A stretch of 64,000 nucleotides of DNA from Myxococcota bacterium (GTDB taxonomy: Bacteria; Myxococcota_A; SURF-8; G963663525), in NCBI GenBank assembly GCA_963676915.2, contig CAXXVK010000030.1, positions 1 through 64,000 on the forward strand. The letters are read 5' to 3'. The notes beneath the pieces were generated by a model. It ran no database searches and was not told the DNA's origin. It saw nothing but the letters and a program-made list of their open reading frames with translations. Shown here in pieces: positions 50,501-60,584 of this stretch (positions are counted from its first letter, which is position 1; each line of letters opens with the position of its first letter). The position numbers and the translations under genes are program-made.

Positions 50501-51060
50501 GGTTCATCTGTCAACGTGCCGGTGGATTGCCTGAACCTGTGTATGGCGACATCGTGATTTCAGAAATCATGATCGATCCCGACTCACCCTACACAACCGA
50601 TTACCCTTATGAATGGCTCGAAATCCACAACATCTCCGATCATGCCTTGAATCTCGATGGCTGCACCATACAAGCCGGCACGTCGGAAGTGGATATCGAT
50701 GAGGTTTCGATCGTCAACCAGGACGCCTATTTCGTGCTGGGACAAGGATACACGGAGAACGGTGGATACACGGCTGATTTCAGTTATGGCGAATCGTTGC
50801 TCTTCGACAACCAATCCGGACGTATTGCCATCAAATGTTCGAATACCACCATCGATGAAGTCACTTACAACGTCCTGTTCCCGCTCAACGAAGGATACTC
50901 GATCGGCCTTATTCCCGATCCCACCCTTCACACACCACAGGGGAACGATCAGGCATCTTCGTGGTGCAACAGTAGTATCATGTATGGTGGAACCATCGGC
51001 GACACCGCAGATCCACCCAACTACGGAACTCCGGGTGAAGCGACTTACTGCCAACCCTGA
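44513..51060 (+). CDS. Giant (~2,180 aa) surface lipoprotein: ZU5-like, 3 laminin-EGF-like, 6 lamin-tail, 2 C-type lectin and OB-fold-like modules; two frame breaks
   Basis: VSA-C lipobox. ORFs 44513-46237, 46032-47315 and 47107-51060 join by removing one A at 46217-46218 and one A at 47163-47165. Six G(E/D)xxx(T/S)E...W(C)...G(T/S)P LTD units; WIGLND and WVGVHD lectin motifs. Confidence 0.8.
45176..45596 (+). repeat. Three tandem 144-bp repeats encoding laminin-type EGF-like units
   Basis: Units start at 45176, 45320 and 45464: CDPDPCNGHG(T/S)CD..DGSCTC..Y.GDACD.C.....G.YPDC. Confidence 0.92.
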
Positions 51061-51079
51061 TCTTTCTTGACCCATTCAC

Positions 51080-51114
51080 ACTCCCCGGCCTTACTGCAAG
51101 GCTGGGGAGTTTTT
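51080..51114 (+). terminator. Intrinsic terminator
   Basis: ACTCCCCGGCCTT-ACTGC-AAGGCTGGGGAGT plus T run. Confidence 0.85.
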
Positions 51115-51166
51115 GTTTCTCGAAAGCGAACACCCGTTTTCCATAGCGATTTCAACGAAGTAACCC

Positions 51167-52723
51167 ATGCCTCCTACCGATTCCATCCTGTTAGATCCCT
51201 GCACGGCGTTTTCGTGCCAAAACCATCCGGATCTTCCAGGAGGATACCGGCTCGATCAAGCCAAACGAGAAGGCGAACGGGTCGTTTTGCACCTGTCCAA
51301 GGATGAAACACTCCAATTCGTGCTTCATGTCGTCCCCCGTGACACTTCGCCTCCTCATACGTTAGCCGTCGAAGATATCGCCTTCGACACCAAGGAGTGC
51401 CCAACCGAGGTTCCCGCCGGTGAGCTTCAAACCTTGGTGACCGAGTTATCCCACCGCTACAAAACGTTGCGCACGACTCAACCCGACCACGGGTTGTATA
51501 CGGCGACGATCAACCCCGAAACCACCGGACCGGAATGGTCGTTGACGCAGGATGTGCTTCCCTTTTCCCTGCTCGTCGTGCTTGTGATTCTCGCCGTTTT
51601 AACCGGGTTGAACTTGCGAAAAAGACCGTTTTTTCATGCGTTGTCCCATTCTTTGGCGACGTTGCTTCAATATGTGGTGATTCTCGTTCTTTGCCTCGTC
51701 AGTGGAGAGATAGCGCTACGACTGATCGACTACGACCCAACCGAACGCACGGACCTTTATCATAAGAACGGCAGCTATCATTTTTCCGAACGACAGGGCG
51801 AAAAGGGACAGGATCTCCACCGGGAACTCATCAAGGAAACCGTGGACGGCATCGACTTCTGGACGATCCGTGATTCGGAAATGGATGTCAACGGCCAATT
51901 GGAATACAGTTTCGCTCCCCTGACCAAACCCGGCGAAGAACGCCTGTTGGGTATCGGGGACAGCATCATGTTCGGATCGGGCGTAAAAAGCCATCAGACC
52001 TTTCTTTCGGCTCTTCAGCGTCTTGGACGAAAAAACGGAATGCGGTTGGACTGCCTGAATGTTTCGATGCCCGGCTGGAACCTTCCCCAATACCGGATCG
52101 CCGCTCAAAAATACATCGAAGCAACAAAGCCCGAAATCGTCCTGTTGGGACTGCATAACGGCGACGTGGTGCCTGTAAAACTTTCAGGTCATCGAACGAT
52201 CAACGCCAACCTGCTGGTCGCTGATCCCACCGTAATCTCCGACGGCTTGCCGCTGCAAAAAGAAGACGCCCGCTGGCTGGGCCGGTACAGCCTGCTTGCT
52301 CGAACCATGGGACATTGGATCTCACGGGGACGCGTTCCGCGTAGCTATCGGCTGATCGGTAAAAAGGAATTATTGGTTCGGGAACTCGACCGTATCGACG
52401 CACTATGCACTAAAAATCACGTCAAGCTGGCATTAGCCTGGATGCCTCCCATGCATCGCCCGTTCGGGGAACAGATCGATCATCCTTCCTGGATGGAAGA
52501 TGTCTGGAGCGACGTGCAAGAATGGCAAAAAAGCCACCCGAACGTTCTGTTGATCGATCCCCGACCCGCCATGCGCGATACACCGCCCGAGTCGATCCGA
52601 CTGGATCTCTGCTGCCACCTGAACCGCAAAGGGCACGTTTTGATGGGAGATATCCTTTTCAATTCCTTCGTTCAGGCCGGTTGGTTGAAAAAAACGGAAC
52701 ATTCTTCGCAACAAACCGAATAA
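51167..52723 (+). CDS. Membrane-anchored SGNH/GDSL hydrolase family protein
   Basis: Two TM segments; GIGDSIMFG, NVSMPGWN, NGD and DLCCHLNRKGH. Confidence 0.8.
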   Translation: MPPTDSILLDPCTAFSCQNHPDLPGGYRLDQAKREGERVVLHLSKDETLQFVLHVVPRDTSPPHTLAVEDIAFDTKECPTEVPAGELQTLVTELSHRYKTLRTTQPDHGLYTATINPETTGPEWSLTQDVLPFSLLVVLVILAVLTGLNLRKRPFFHALSHSLATLLQYVVILVLCLVSGEIALRLIDYDPTERTDLYHKNGSYHFSERQGEKGQDLHRELIKETVDGIDFWTIRDSEMDVNGQLEYSFAPLTKPGEERLLGIGDSIMFGSGVKSHQTFLSALQRLGRKNGMRLDCLNVSMPGWNLPQYRIAAQKYIEATKPEIVLLGLHNGDVVPVKLSGHRTINANLLVADPTVISDGLPLQKEDARWLGRYSLLARTMGHWISRGRVPRSYRLIGKKELLVRELDRIDALCTKNHVKLALAWMPPMHRPFGEQIDHPSWMEDVWSDVQEWQKSHPNVLLIDPRPAMRDTPPESIRLDLCCHLNRKGHVLMGDILFNSFVQAGWLKKTEHSSQQTE

Positions 52724-52730
52724 TTCCGAA

Positions 52731-54587
52731 TTAGCGGTCGAAATACTCCCGAATGCGTTCAGCGACAACCGTTGTAATGCCTTGCACGGACAACAGGTCG
52801 TCTGTCGAGGCCGCTTTGACCCGTTTCAAACTCCCGAAATGACGTAATAAAGCTTTCATTCGGGTAGGACCGACACCCGGAATTTCCAGCAACGAGGAAC
52901 GTAACCCCTCTTTTTTACGTAACTTTCGGTGATAGGTAATGGCGAAACGATGGGCTTCGTCCCGAATTCGCTGAAATAGAAAGAGTTCTCCTGTGCCGGG
53001 TTTGAACAGAATCGGCATTTTTACGCCCGGACGAAACACCCTTTCCGGCGTCCGCTTGCTGCCTTCCCAATCCTCGGCGATTTCGCCTTCTCCCACACTG
53101 TCTTTCAACCGTGATTTCGCCAAAGAAGCCAACTCGACATCGTGAATACCCATACGTTCCAAAATGGTTTCCGCGATTTTAAGCTGTCCCTTCCCTCCAT
53201 CGAGCACCAGCAAATCCGGCAGGTTGCCTTCTTCCAGCCCTCGTTTGAGACGCCGGGAAAGCACCTCGTGCATCATGGCGTAATCGTCGGGACGATCCAG
53301 CGTTTTGATACGGTAGCGACGATACTCGCTTTTTTCCGCCACCCCATGAATGAAACACACGCCAGAGCCAACCGCCATTCGTCCCTGAATATTGGAAATA
53401 TCGTAACATTCAATGCGCTCGGGAAAACTCCTAAGCCTTAGTTTTCGCTGAATTTTCTCAAGGGTTACCTGGTTCCCAAGTTCCCGATTGATCCGCTCTT
53501 CGAAATTCCGCCGGGCGTTGGTCGTGGCGTTCTCTACCAGTTTGCTTTTAACTCCCCGCTGGGGAACGTGAATCGTAACGTTTCGTTCGGCCAGATCCGC
53601 AATCCATTGTTCCAAAATATCCAAACTCACCACATCGAATGGCAGGAAAATCCCCTTCGGAAAAGAGGTCGTCCGCTCGTAGTGCCGAACCATGGCGTAA
53701 TGCAGCAGCGCACCATCTTCCTGTTCTTCACCCGACGCCATCAAAGCGCTCTGCCCCATCAATGCGCCGCTTCGATAATGGGAAAACAGCACGCAGGCTT
53801 CCGAACCTTCCCGATGAAACCCTATTACGTCCCAGTTTTCCGCCTGGGTCATCTGGGCATACTGCTTTTCGAGGGTCGCCTCAACCGCTCGAATCGAATC
53901 CCGGTAGCGTGCAGCATCCTCGAACCGCTGTTCCGTGGCCGCCTCTTTCATAAGTTGCTGTAAATCCTTGACGAGCAGATCCTTGCGACCTTCTAAAAAC
54001 AGTTTCACCCGATGGATTTCGGCCTGATACGTTTCCTTTTCCACCGGCAAACAGCACGGTCCGAGGCAGCGGTTCATCTGGTATCGCACACAGGGACGGC
54101 GTGCGGCAGCAAACGCCCGTTCGGTACAGGTACGAATTTTGAAATGCTTGTTGACCAGCCGAATGACCTCTCTCGCCTTTCCTGCCGAGGCATAGGGGCC
54201 GAAGAACATCCCCTTTCCTTTCGCGACTCGGGCGCGAACGATGTTCAACCGTGGGAAATCCCGGCTGGTATCCAGCTTGATCAGGAAATAGCTACGGTCA
54301 TCCTTGATACGAACATTGTACCGAGGTTTGTGCTTGCGAATCAGGTTACTTTCGAGAATCAACGCTTCTTTTTCGGATGCCGTGAGGATGAACTCCACGT
54401 CGTACAAAAGCTCCGGCAGGAGTTTTACGAAAGGCCGGGTATCGGAAGCAGGAGGAATGTACTGGCGCATCCGGGCCAGCAGATTCTTGGCCTTACCGAT
54501 ATAAAAGATACGGCCGTCCTTGTTTTTCATCAGGTAACAGCCGGGATCGTGGGGGGCTTTCCCCAGGATTTCGGAAACATCCGGCAT
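52731..54587 (-). CDS. uvrC: Excinuclease ABC subunit C
   Basis: PGCYLM..YIGKAKNL, PRYN, FEDAARYRD, IECYDISN, DGGKGQ, RDEAHRFA and HhH motifs. Confidence 0.97.
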   Translation of the reverse strand: MPDVSEILGKAPHDPGCYLMKNKDGRIFYIGKAKNLLARMRQYIPPASDTRPFVKLLPELLYDVEFILTASEKEALILESNLIRKHKPRYNVRIKDDRSYFLIKLDTSRDFPRLNIVRARVAKGKGMFFGPYASAGKAREVIRLVNKHFKIRTCTERAFAAARRPCVRYQMNRCLGPCCLPVEKETYQAEIHRVKLFLEGRKDLLVKDLQQLMKEAATEQRFEDAARYRDSIRAVEATLEKQYAQMTQAENWDVIGFHREGSEACVLFSHYRSGALMGQSALMASGEEQEDGALLHYAMVRHYERTTSFPKGIFLPFDVVSLDILEQWIADLAERNVTIHVPQRGVKSKLVENATTNARRNFEERINRELGNQVTLEKIQRKLRLRSFPERIECYDISNIQGRMAVGSGVCFIHGVAEKSEYRRYRIKTLDRPDDYAMMHEVLSRRLKRGLEEGNLPDLLVLDGGKGQLKIAETILERMGIHDVELASLAKSRLKDSVGEGEIAEDWEGSKRTPERVFRPGVKMPILFKPGTGELFLFQRIRDEAHRFAITYHRKLRKKEGLRSSLLEIPGVGPTRMKALLRHFGSLKRVKAASTDDLLSVQGITTVVAERIREYFDR

Positions 54588-54656
54588 GGTTCGCTCCACG
54601 GTGGTTGATCATCCTGCCAAACGATCCGCGCATCGTATCACGGAATGTCAACGCCT

Positions 54657-54835
54657 AGCCTGAATAATTCATGAAGAATCTACTACGACTTGAAAACTCT
54701 CGATCTTTCATTCGTTTCGCAATTTTTTATACTCAACAACCTGTCAAGGTTGCTTCCGTTAAAAAATCACTCCAACTTCATGAAATATCTTCGGTTTTCG
54801 TCGTCTCGTAACGATCTTCATAAATTATCCAGTCT
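54657..54835. mobile_element. MITE family B, copy 2 (degenerate ends)
   Basis: Colinear with 22900-23080: shares CTACGACTTGAAAA, TACTCAACAACCTGTCAAGGTTGCTTCCGTT and CTCCAACTTCATGAAATATC. Confidence 0.75.
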
Positions 54836-54937
54836 TGAAGGACTCTCTTCAGGATGTAATGAAAGAAGTAAACGGAGGGAAAAATCCAAATAAAACCGGT
54901 GAGATAAAAACGCATCCCACCGGCTTCTTCGTGAGTT

Positions 54938-55678
54938 TTACAGTCCAAGAAAAGCGATGGCAGACCCGGACAACGCAATGACGAACCCCGCCATGGCGTG
55001 GATGTAGCGTTCCATCCAGTCGGTGGAAATGATCTTGATTCCCGAGTACAGCGCCAGAGCAATGACCGTCATCGTGGTGATCGTCACGACTCCGAACACG
55101 CCTGCCACGAGAACCACGCCGATGATCGAATGTTCGGCAGCGGGGAACATCACCAGCGGAATCAACGGTTCACAGGGACCGAGCAGGAAAATGATGAACA
55201 TCGCCCAGACACTGACGTTGATCTTGGAAGAGTCGTCTTTCTCCTCTTCATGGAGGTGTTTGTGCTCGGCATGAGTGTGGTCGTGGGTATGTTCGTGTTC
55301 GTGCTCGTGTTCATGTTCGTCGATATGAAAATGCTTGTGGGTGTGCGGTTTCGACTGCATTCCCCGACGAAGCCCCCAGATGCCGTAGGCCAGACCGAAG
55401 GCGATCAACAGATAGCTGGCCAATTCTCCCCGAACGCCTTCGAAGGATTCCAAGCTACCCAGCGCAATTCCCGCCGCAATGCCGATCAAGCCCAGCGCCA
55501 CAGACGACAACACATGTGCTATACCGCAAATTACGGTAATTACGGCAAGTTTCAGGTGACTCCAGCGACGTGCACGACCAATCATGACGAAAGGAAGGTA
55601 GTGATCCGGTCCCATTAAGGTATGGGTGAAACCGATGAACGCAGCCGTGGCGGCAATCGCAAGAATCTCGGGACTCAT
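54938..55678 (-). CDS. Ni/Co transporter-like membrane protein (UreH/RcnA-like) with His-rich loop
   Basis: HTLMGPDHY, CGIAHV, loop HTHKHFHIDEHEHEHEHEHTHDHTHAEHKHLH, and GPCEPL. Confidence 0.85.
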   Translation of the reverse strand: MSPEILAIAATAAFIGFTHTLMGPDHYLPFVMIGRARRWSHLKLAVITVICGIAHVLSSVALGLIGIAAGIALGSLESFEGVRGELASYLLIAFGLAYGIWGLRRGMQSKPHTHKHFHIDEHEHEHEHEHTHDHTHAEHKHLHEEEKDDSSKINVSVWAMFIIFLLGPCEPLIPLVMFPAAEHSIIGVVLVAGVFGVVTITTMTVIALALYSGIKIISTDWMERYIHAMAGFVIALSGSAIAFLGL

Positions 55679-55792
55679 TGGACATCCTTTCGCCTGAAAT
55701 CTGCAAAAACAACGCACCGTAACACAAAACGCTCTTTTTTGCTACACTTCAAATGGGAGAATGTCAAGGATATTCATGGATTAGGGGTTGAT

Positions 55793-58585
55793 TTACGGCC
55801 TTGCCTGGGGGTGTTCTCCTGACTTTGTACCAATTTCCGGCACGCAGTCCGGGTAGTTCATGTATCCTTCGGCGCAGCGGTCGCAGCGGTCCCCCGCATA
55901 ACCTTCGGCGCAAGGGCAATCGGCCCATTTGACGATACGGAGGCCTTTATAACCTTGTCCAGTATAAATATAGGGGCCTTTGACAAAGTAATCTCTGAAA
56001 TTGTCCGTCGAATTGAAACTCCCCAAACCGATACTCCCCATCCGTTGCGGGGCAGCAGGATTGCTGATATCAATGATTTCAATTTCTCTTGAGCCACTAC
56101 CTTCATCAATTGCATGGTACATCAATGCAAAAATATAGTTTCCCGAGATAGAAATCATAGATGGGATACTTGAACCGTTAAGTCGAGAAAGTAATTCCGG
56201 TTGCGCAATATCCGTGACATTGTAAATTTCCAGACCTTTATTTTCATCTTCGCTATAGGGAACGACCACAATTTGCCCCAAAGCATCTACAGCGACTTTT
56301 TTCACTAAATGAGAAGAAGTAATTTCTGTTCTATGCACAATTCCAAACTGTTCAGAAAAAGTAAAAATATTTAAATATTTACCGTAACCGACAAAAATAC
56401 GATTTCCCCGAACCTCAATATCGTATTCCATCCATCCCCCATCTAACTCTTTGAAATCATAGGGAAGAGAACTTAAAAGATACCCATGCGATGGATTCGA
56501 GAAATCGTAAATCGCCACCCCCTCACCCGAAGAATTATCTATGACTGAATATAATGTTTTACCGGACACATAAATGCTTTGAGCCTCAAAAGAGTAGTCT
56601 GCAATCAAAGTAGCATTTGATGTCTCTGACATGTCCAGTACCTGCAACCTGTTCATACTCACATATTCATCACCCAACAAGTAACCAACATCATCCAAAA
56701 CAAAAAAATTACCATTTAGTGCATACCAACTAACAAATCCCTTAGGATTCAACGGGTCTGAGACATCGAAACGTACTAATAGATGATCATTCATAGTGTA
56801 TATGCTTTGCTCACTTGCGAAAAACCGCTGAATTGTGTCGGGAGACCTACCATATCCCCCGAGTCGTTTTGGATCCGAAGGAACAGAAACATCGAATGAT
56901 TCAAGAATTTCAATATCATATGAAATGTTGTATAAAATGTTATCAACACCTAAAAGACCGTTCGACATCGTAGTCAATTCACTTTCACATTCCCCAATAA
57001 GGCGTGGAATCGAAGGTTGCGAAATATCGTAAATCCTCAATGAATACTCTTTAAAATAAGCCAAATTGTCTTTGATCCAGAATTTGAAAGGATGATTGGG
57101 AATTGTAGAAATTTCCGTGGGGTTGTTTGGATCAGAGATATCCAACTCAACAATATGGCCAATTCCTTCAAGTAAATAGGCTATTTGCCCCTCAACATGA
57201 AAATCGTCCAAAACTCGTGTCTTGAAACTGGCGATTTCAACAATTCTCTCTGGTTCCGAAATATCAAGAATGTGAATGGAAGAAGGATTCGTAGCATCGT
57301 ATCTCTCACATTGCAAATAGGCGTATTGCCCTGCAATCTGTAATTTTACGCACGATCCATCCAATTCATACGAGCTTATCCGCTGGACATCGACCGGATT
57401 CGAAACATCCAGAACAATGAAACCATCATACATAGCCAGCCAAGCCTTCTGGTCTTGAACGATAATGTCATAAACAGTTCCACCAGTATAATAGCTACCA
57501 ATTTGTACCGGATGCCTGGGATTATTGACGTCAATAATTACTAACGTACTGGAATCAAGAGCATATGCAATACCTTCTTCCGTCACGTCCAATACGTCTA
57601 TCACTCCTTTTGCATCAAAATGTCCCCACATTTTAGGATTCGCTGGATCGGATACATCCAAAATCTGCATTCCACCAAAACCCATGGCAACATAGGCAAC
57701 ATTACCCACAACAGCCAGATCCCGAGCATTTCCACCGAAACTTTGAATAAGTTCCGGTTCACGATAGGTACACTGACAAATCGCCCTTCCGCTGGAGTCA
57801 TCACAAGCGTAGTGCCCTCCACAAGCATCCGGGTGGGTACAAGCCATTTCACACAAACCATCGCCGTCGTTGTCCTGATAATTGTCTCTACAGGGACACC
57901 CTCCGATACCATCGCAATAATTACCACCGACACAATGATATCGTGTTCCCTGGCAATAACCGGACGAATAATAACTACCACCACGTTGGCAACTATCCGA
58001 ATACGTGCAAGGATTTTCATCGTCACAGGGGCCGTAATCGATTGGAGTCCAATCATTCCAGCTCAAAGAAGAACTGCATATTTTGCATGCATCGTGAGAA
58101 GATTCTCCTTTAAACGCTCCTTCTTTCACGCATTGCCCGACGATATAGCAGCCGGATGTCGCCCCGACAACCTCTTTGCACTCTCCCCTATCACAAACCG
58201 CTTCGGTACATTCCACCCCATCGTCACACGGCGTACCATCATCTGCCATGGTATCGTCGTGGCAGGTAAGCTCATTGCCGTTGCAAACATCTTGAGCATC
58301 GCAGGGAAACGCGGGTTCTCGGCAGACCGTCCCTTTCGGACGTGGGGACCAGTCGGTGGAACTCATCTCGGGATCGCAAACCCCGCAGAGTTCTTCGGGA
58401 TGTGCTTCTCCGGTAGGAACCCACTCGCCGTCGATTGTGCAGCCGTCGCAGCCTTCTTCATCCGCCGGTTGATTCTCTGTATCGGTTGAATCACCGGACA
58501 GCTGGTTGGCTCCTTCACCGGAACAACCCCAAACGAGTAGAAAAAGGATCAGAATCGTAAAAAAACGAACGTTTTCACCAAACAT
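55793..58585 (-). CDS. Lipoprotein with Cys-rich (disintegrin/EGF-like) modules and LVIVD-repeat propeller
   Basis: VWG-C lipobox; PKGTVCREPAFPCDAQDVCNG; repeated ILDVSDP/IIDISNP (LVIVD); C-terminal CPCAEGYAGDRCDRCAEGYMNYPDC. Confidence 0.85.
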   Translation of the reverse strand: MFGENVRFFTILILFLLVWGCSGEGANQLSGDSTDTENQPADEEGCDGCTIDGEWVPTGEAHPEELCGVCDPEMSSTDWSPRPKGTVCREPAFPCDAQDVCNGNELTCHDDTMADDGTPCDDGVECTEAVCDRGECKEVVGATSGCYIVGQCVKEGAFKGESSHDACKICSSSLSWNDWTPIDYGPCDDENPCTYSDSCQRGGSYYSSGYCQGTRYHCVGGNYCDGIGGCPCRDNYQDNDGDGLCEMACTHPDACGGHYACDDSSGRAICQCTYREPELIQSFGGNARDLAVVGNVAYVAMGFGGMQILDVSDPANPKMWGHFDAKGVIDVLDVTEEGIAYALDSSTLVIIDVNNPRHPVQIGSYYTGGTVYDIIVQDQKAWLAMYDGFIVLDVSNPVDVQRISSYELDGSCVKLQIAGQYAYLQCERYDATNPSSIHILDISEPERIVEIASFKTRVLDDFHVEGQIAYLLEGIGHIVELDISDPNNPTEISTIPNHPFKFWIKDNLAYFKEYSLRIYDISQPSIPRLIGECESELTTMSNGLLGVDNILYNISYDIEILESFDVSVPSDPKRLGGYGRSPDTIQRFFASEQSIYTMNDHLLVRFDVSDPLNPKGFVSWYALNGNFFVLDDVGYLLGDEYVSMNRLQVLDMSETSNATLIADYSFEAQSIYVSGKTLYSVIDNSSGEGVAIYDFSNPSHGYLLSSLPYDFKELDGGWMEYDIEVRGNRIFVGYGKYLNIFTFSEQFGIVHRTEITSSHLVKKVAVDALGQIVVVPYSEDENKGLEIYNVTDIAQPELLSRLNGSSIPSMISISGNYIFALMYHAIDEGSGSREIEIIDISNPAAPQRMGSIGLGSFNSTDNFRDYFVKGPYIYTGQGYKGLRIVKWADCPCAEGYAGDRCDRCAEGYMNYPDCVPEIGTKSGEHPQARP

Positions 58586-58699
58586 GACGACCTGTTGCCC
58601 GCAAGAGAAAATCCGTAGCACATGAACTTGATCGTTTCATTGTACCCGGTTTGCGTCTTTTGGCAACAACAAGCCCGAAGTGGAGTAAATTTTGCCGAC

Positions 58700-59389
58700 T
58701 CAGTGCCCCGCTTTTTTCCGCAGGCGTTCTTGTACGGCATCACTGGATAATTCCTTGATGGCATCTTTGGCAATCCATTGAGCGCTTTTAAAGGGAAACT
58801 CCGCAATCGCATAGGCATTGGCCAACGCCATTTCATTCAGTGCCAAATTGCGTTTACCGATACCCCGCAATGCCCAATTCACCGCTTTTTTCACAAAGTT
58901 ACGGTCGTCATCCGTGGCTTGAGCAATAAACTTGAAAAGCCCGATAAACACCGCATCCGGGGCTTTTTTATCGTGTACCGCAAGAGAAGCCATCAGAACG
59001 AATCCGGCGCGCTTGACGAACTCCTCCTCGCGCTCGCTCCAATCCATGGCTTTTGAATAAGCCCATGGGGTGCGATCGAAGAGGTTGCTCACCACCTGGT
59101 CACAGATGTCCCACGAGTCGAAATCGAGCACCCATTGCTCCATAAGTTTCTCGGTAACACGGGCCGGTTCTCCAATGAAAGCCGCCAGCAAACGCGCTTC
59201 GTGCTTGCCCGTCTCCCACAACTCCAACGCGAGATCGTGGTTCTTACCGATTTCTTTAGCCATTTCTCGCAGTTGCGGTATCGCCACACCGTAGGCATTG
59301 TCGCTGACGATTCCCACCCGCATCATGCCTTTTTTGCGCTCGGGATCGGCCAGTTTTTCCAGTTGTTTCAGAATATCGTCACATTGCAT
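58700..59389 (-). CDS. DNA alkylation repair protein (AlkD-like HEAT-repeat glycosylase)
   Basis: YGVAIPQLR, LWETG.HEAR, FDSWDICD, DDRNFVKKAVNWALRGIGKRN. Confidence 0.9.
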   Translation of the reverse strand: MQCDDILKQLEKLADPERKKGMMRVGIVSDNAYGVAIPQLREMAKEIGKNHDLALELWETGKHEARLLAAFIGEPARVTEKLMEQWVLDFDSWDICDQVVSNLFDRTPWAYSKAMDWSEREEEFVKRAGFVLMASLAVHDKKAPDAVFIGLFKFIAQATDDDRNFVKKAVNWALRGIGKRNLALNEMALANAYAIAEFPFKSAQWIAKDAIKELSSDAVQERLRKKAGH

Positions 59390-59423
59390 CGGTGGCACCT
59401 CGAAATCGGTTTGGGTTCGTTTC

Positions 59424-59693
59424 TTACGATTTGAATCGCCACTTCATCAACATCAAAGAGGCGATACAACAACCGATAAACCCATTGGCTCCAATAATCA
59501 AGGCATCCACACGGAAAATCCCGTAGGCCAGCCAGCAAAATGTACCCACTTCCAAAATGATCAGGGTAACCCAGGACAGATCCTCCAACCGTTTCGTCTG
59601 CCAGCTTTTATAGACCTGAGGAATCCATGACATCGAAGTAAGTACCGCGCCGAACAAACCCAGCATCCAAAACAACCACGAGGGAGCGTTCAT
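59424..59693 (-). CDS. SemiSWEET / PQ-loop transporter
   Basis: LTSMSWIPQVYKSWQTK..EDLS..WLAYG..IIGAN; three TM segments. Confidence 0.85.
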   Translation of the reverse strand: MNAPSWLFWMLGLFGAVLTSMSWIPQVYKSWQTKRLEDLSWVTLIILEVGTFCWLAYGIFRVDALIIGANGFIGCCIASLMLMKWRFKS

Positions 59694-60355
59694 CCGTTTT
59701 CTTTCATGATGGGGAGAGCTTTGGGAAGCCTCGGTGGATAAGGAAATTTGAGCCCTCGGCGATACACCGCTACTTGAGTGCCCATCCAACGCAACGTCAG
59801 TTCCTCACGCCGTGCCAGCGCACGACGATCCAGCCAACCCGCTTCCCGGCGACAGTATCGGTATCCTGCCTGTGCGAAGGCATCGATCCAATACTTTCGG
59901 GGTTGTTCGTTGATGTGTCCGATGCCGCCCTGTCCGGGAGGAGCGGCGCTGAAAACGACGGTATCCGAAAACGTCGTGCAATTCTCGACAAGTACGTCAT
60001 GATGTGCTGCAGGAAGGTGCTCGGCGACATCCAGGCATAACACGAGATCGGCACGGGGCAGGCGCTCAGAATCGATGGGCTGCATTAGATCCGCCAGCAC
60101 CACGTTTTCCACATTTGAAGCCCGCATATTCGCGGGACATTCGAAAGCATCCACACAGGTGACGTTTACCCCTAACTCGATCAGCCGCCCTGCGTGCATC
60201 GCCGCGCCGCATCCGAGATCCAACACCGTAGAGGGTTGATATTGCTCGAAAATCACCTCGGCCATCGCTCTCGCACTTCGACGATACTCGCTGTTGTCCC
60301 TGCCCCACTGTGTGAAAAACGATGTCCCGTATAGATTCGGGTCGTATCGTGTCAT
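59690..60355 (-). CDS. Class I SAM-dependent methyltransferase
   Basis: VLDLGCG, DLVLCLDVAEHL, FSAAPPGQGGIGHINEQ..YW. Confidence 0.85.
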   Translation of the reverse strand: MTRYDPNLYGTSFFTQWGRDNSEYRRSARAMAEVIFEQYQPSTVLDLGCGAAMHAGRLIELGVNVTCVDAFECPANMRASNVENVVLADLMQPIDSERLPRADLVLCLDVAEHLPAAHHDVLVENCTTFSDTVVFSAAPPGQGGIGHINEQPRKYWIDAFAQAGYRYCRREAGWLDRRALARREELTLRWMGTQVAVYRRGLKFPYPPRLPKALPIMKENG

Positions 60356-60474
60356 CGATTGTTCCAAGAAACCTGTCCGGCATTTAAAATGGAAAAATAG
60401 GACTTTCGCCCACACCTTCGCATTTCCATGAAATCGAACGAGCACTCCAACATAGGTTTCTCATCCGATTCCCC

Positions 60475-60515
60475 AAAAACAACGACGCGGGATTGTAGAT
60501 CCATCCCGCGTCGTT
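60475..60515 (-). terminator. Intrinsic terminator after the beta-helix gene
   Basis: AACGACGCGGGAT...ATCCCGCGTCGTT 13-bp stem with a T-rich tail on the minus strand. Confidence 0.7.
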
Positions 60516-60584
60516 AACAAGTTTGTTTTTGTTGAAAGGTTCCGATTTTCGACAACGAAGGCTCGAAAATCGGTATGGGAACGA

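Noticed and set aside
55255-55350. GAACAC/GAGCAC repeats as a phase-variation tract
   Set aside because: Imperfect in-frame repeats encoding the His-rich metal-binding loop.
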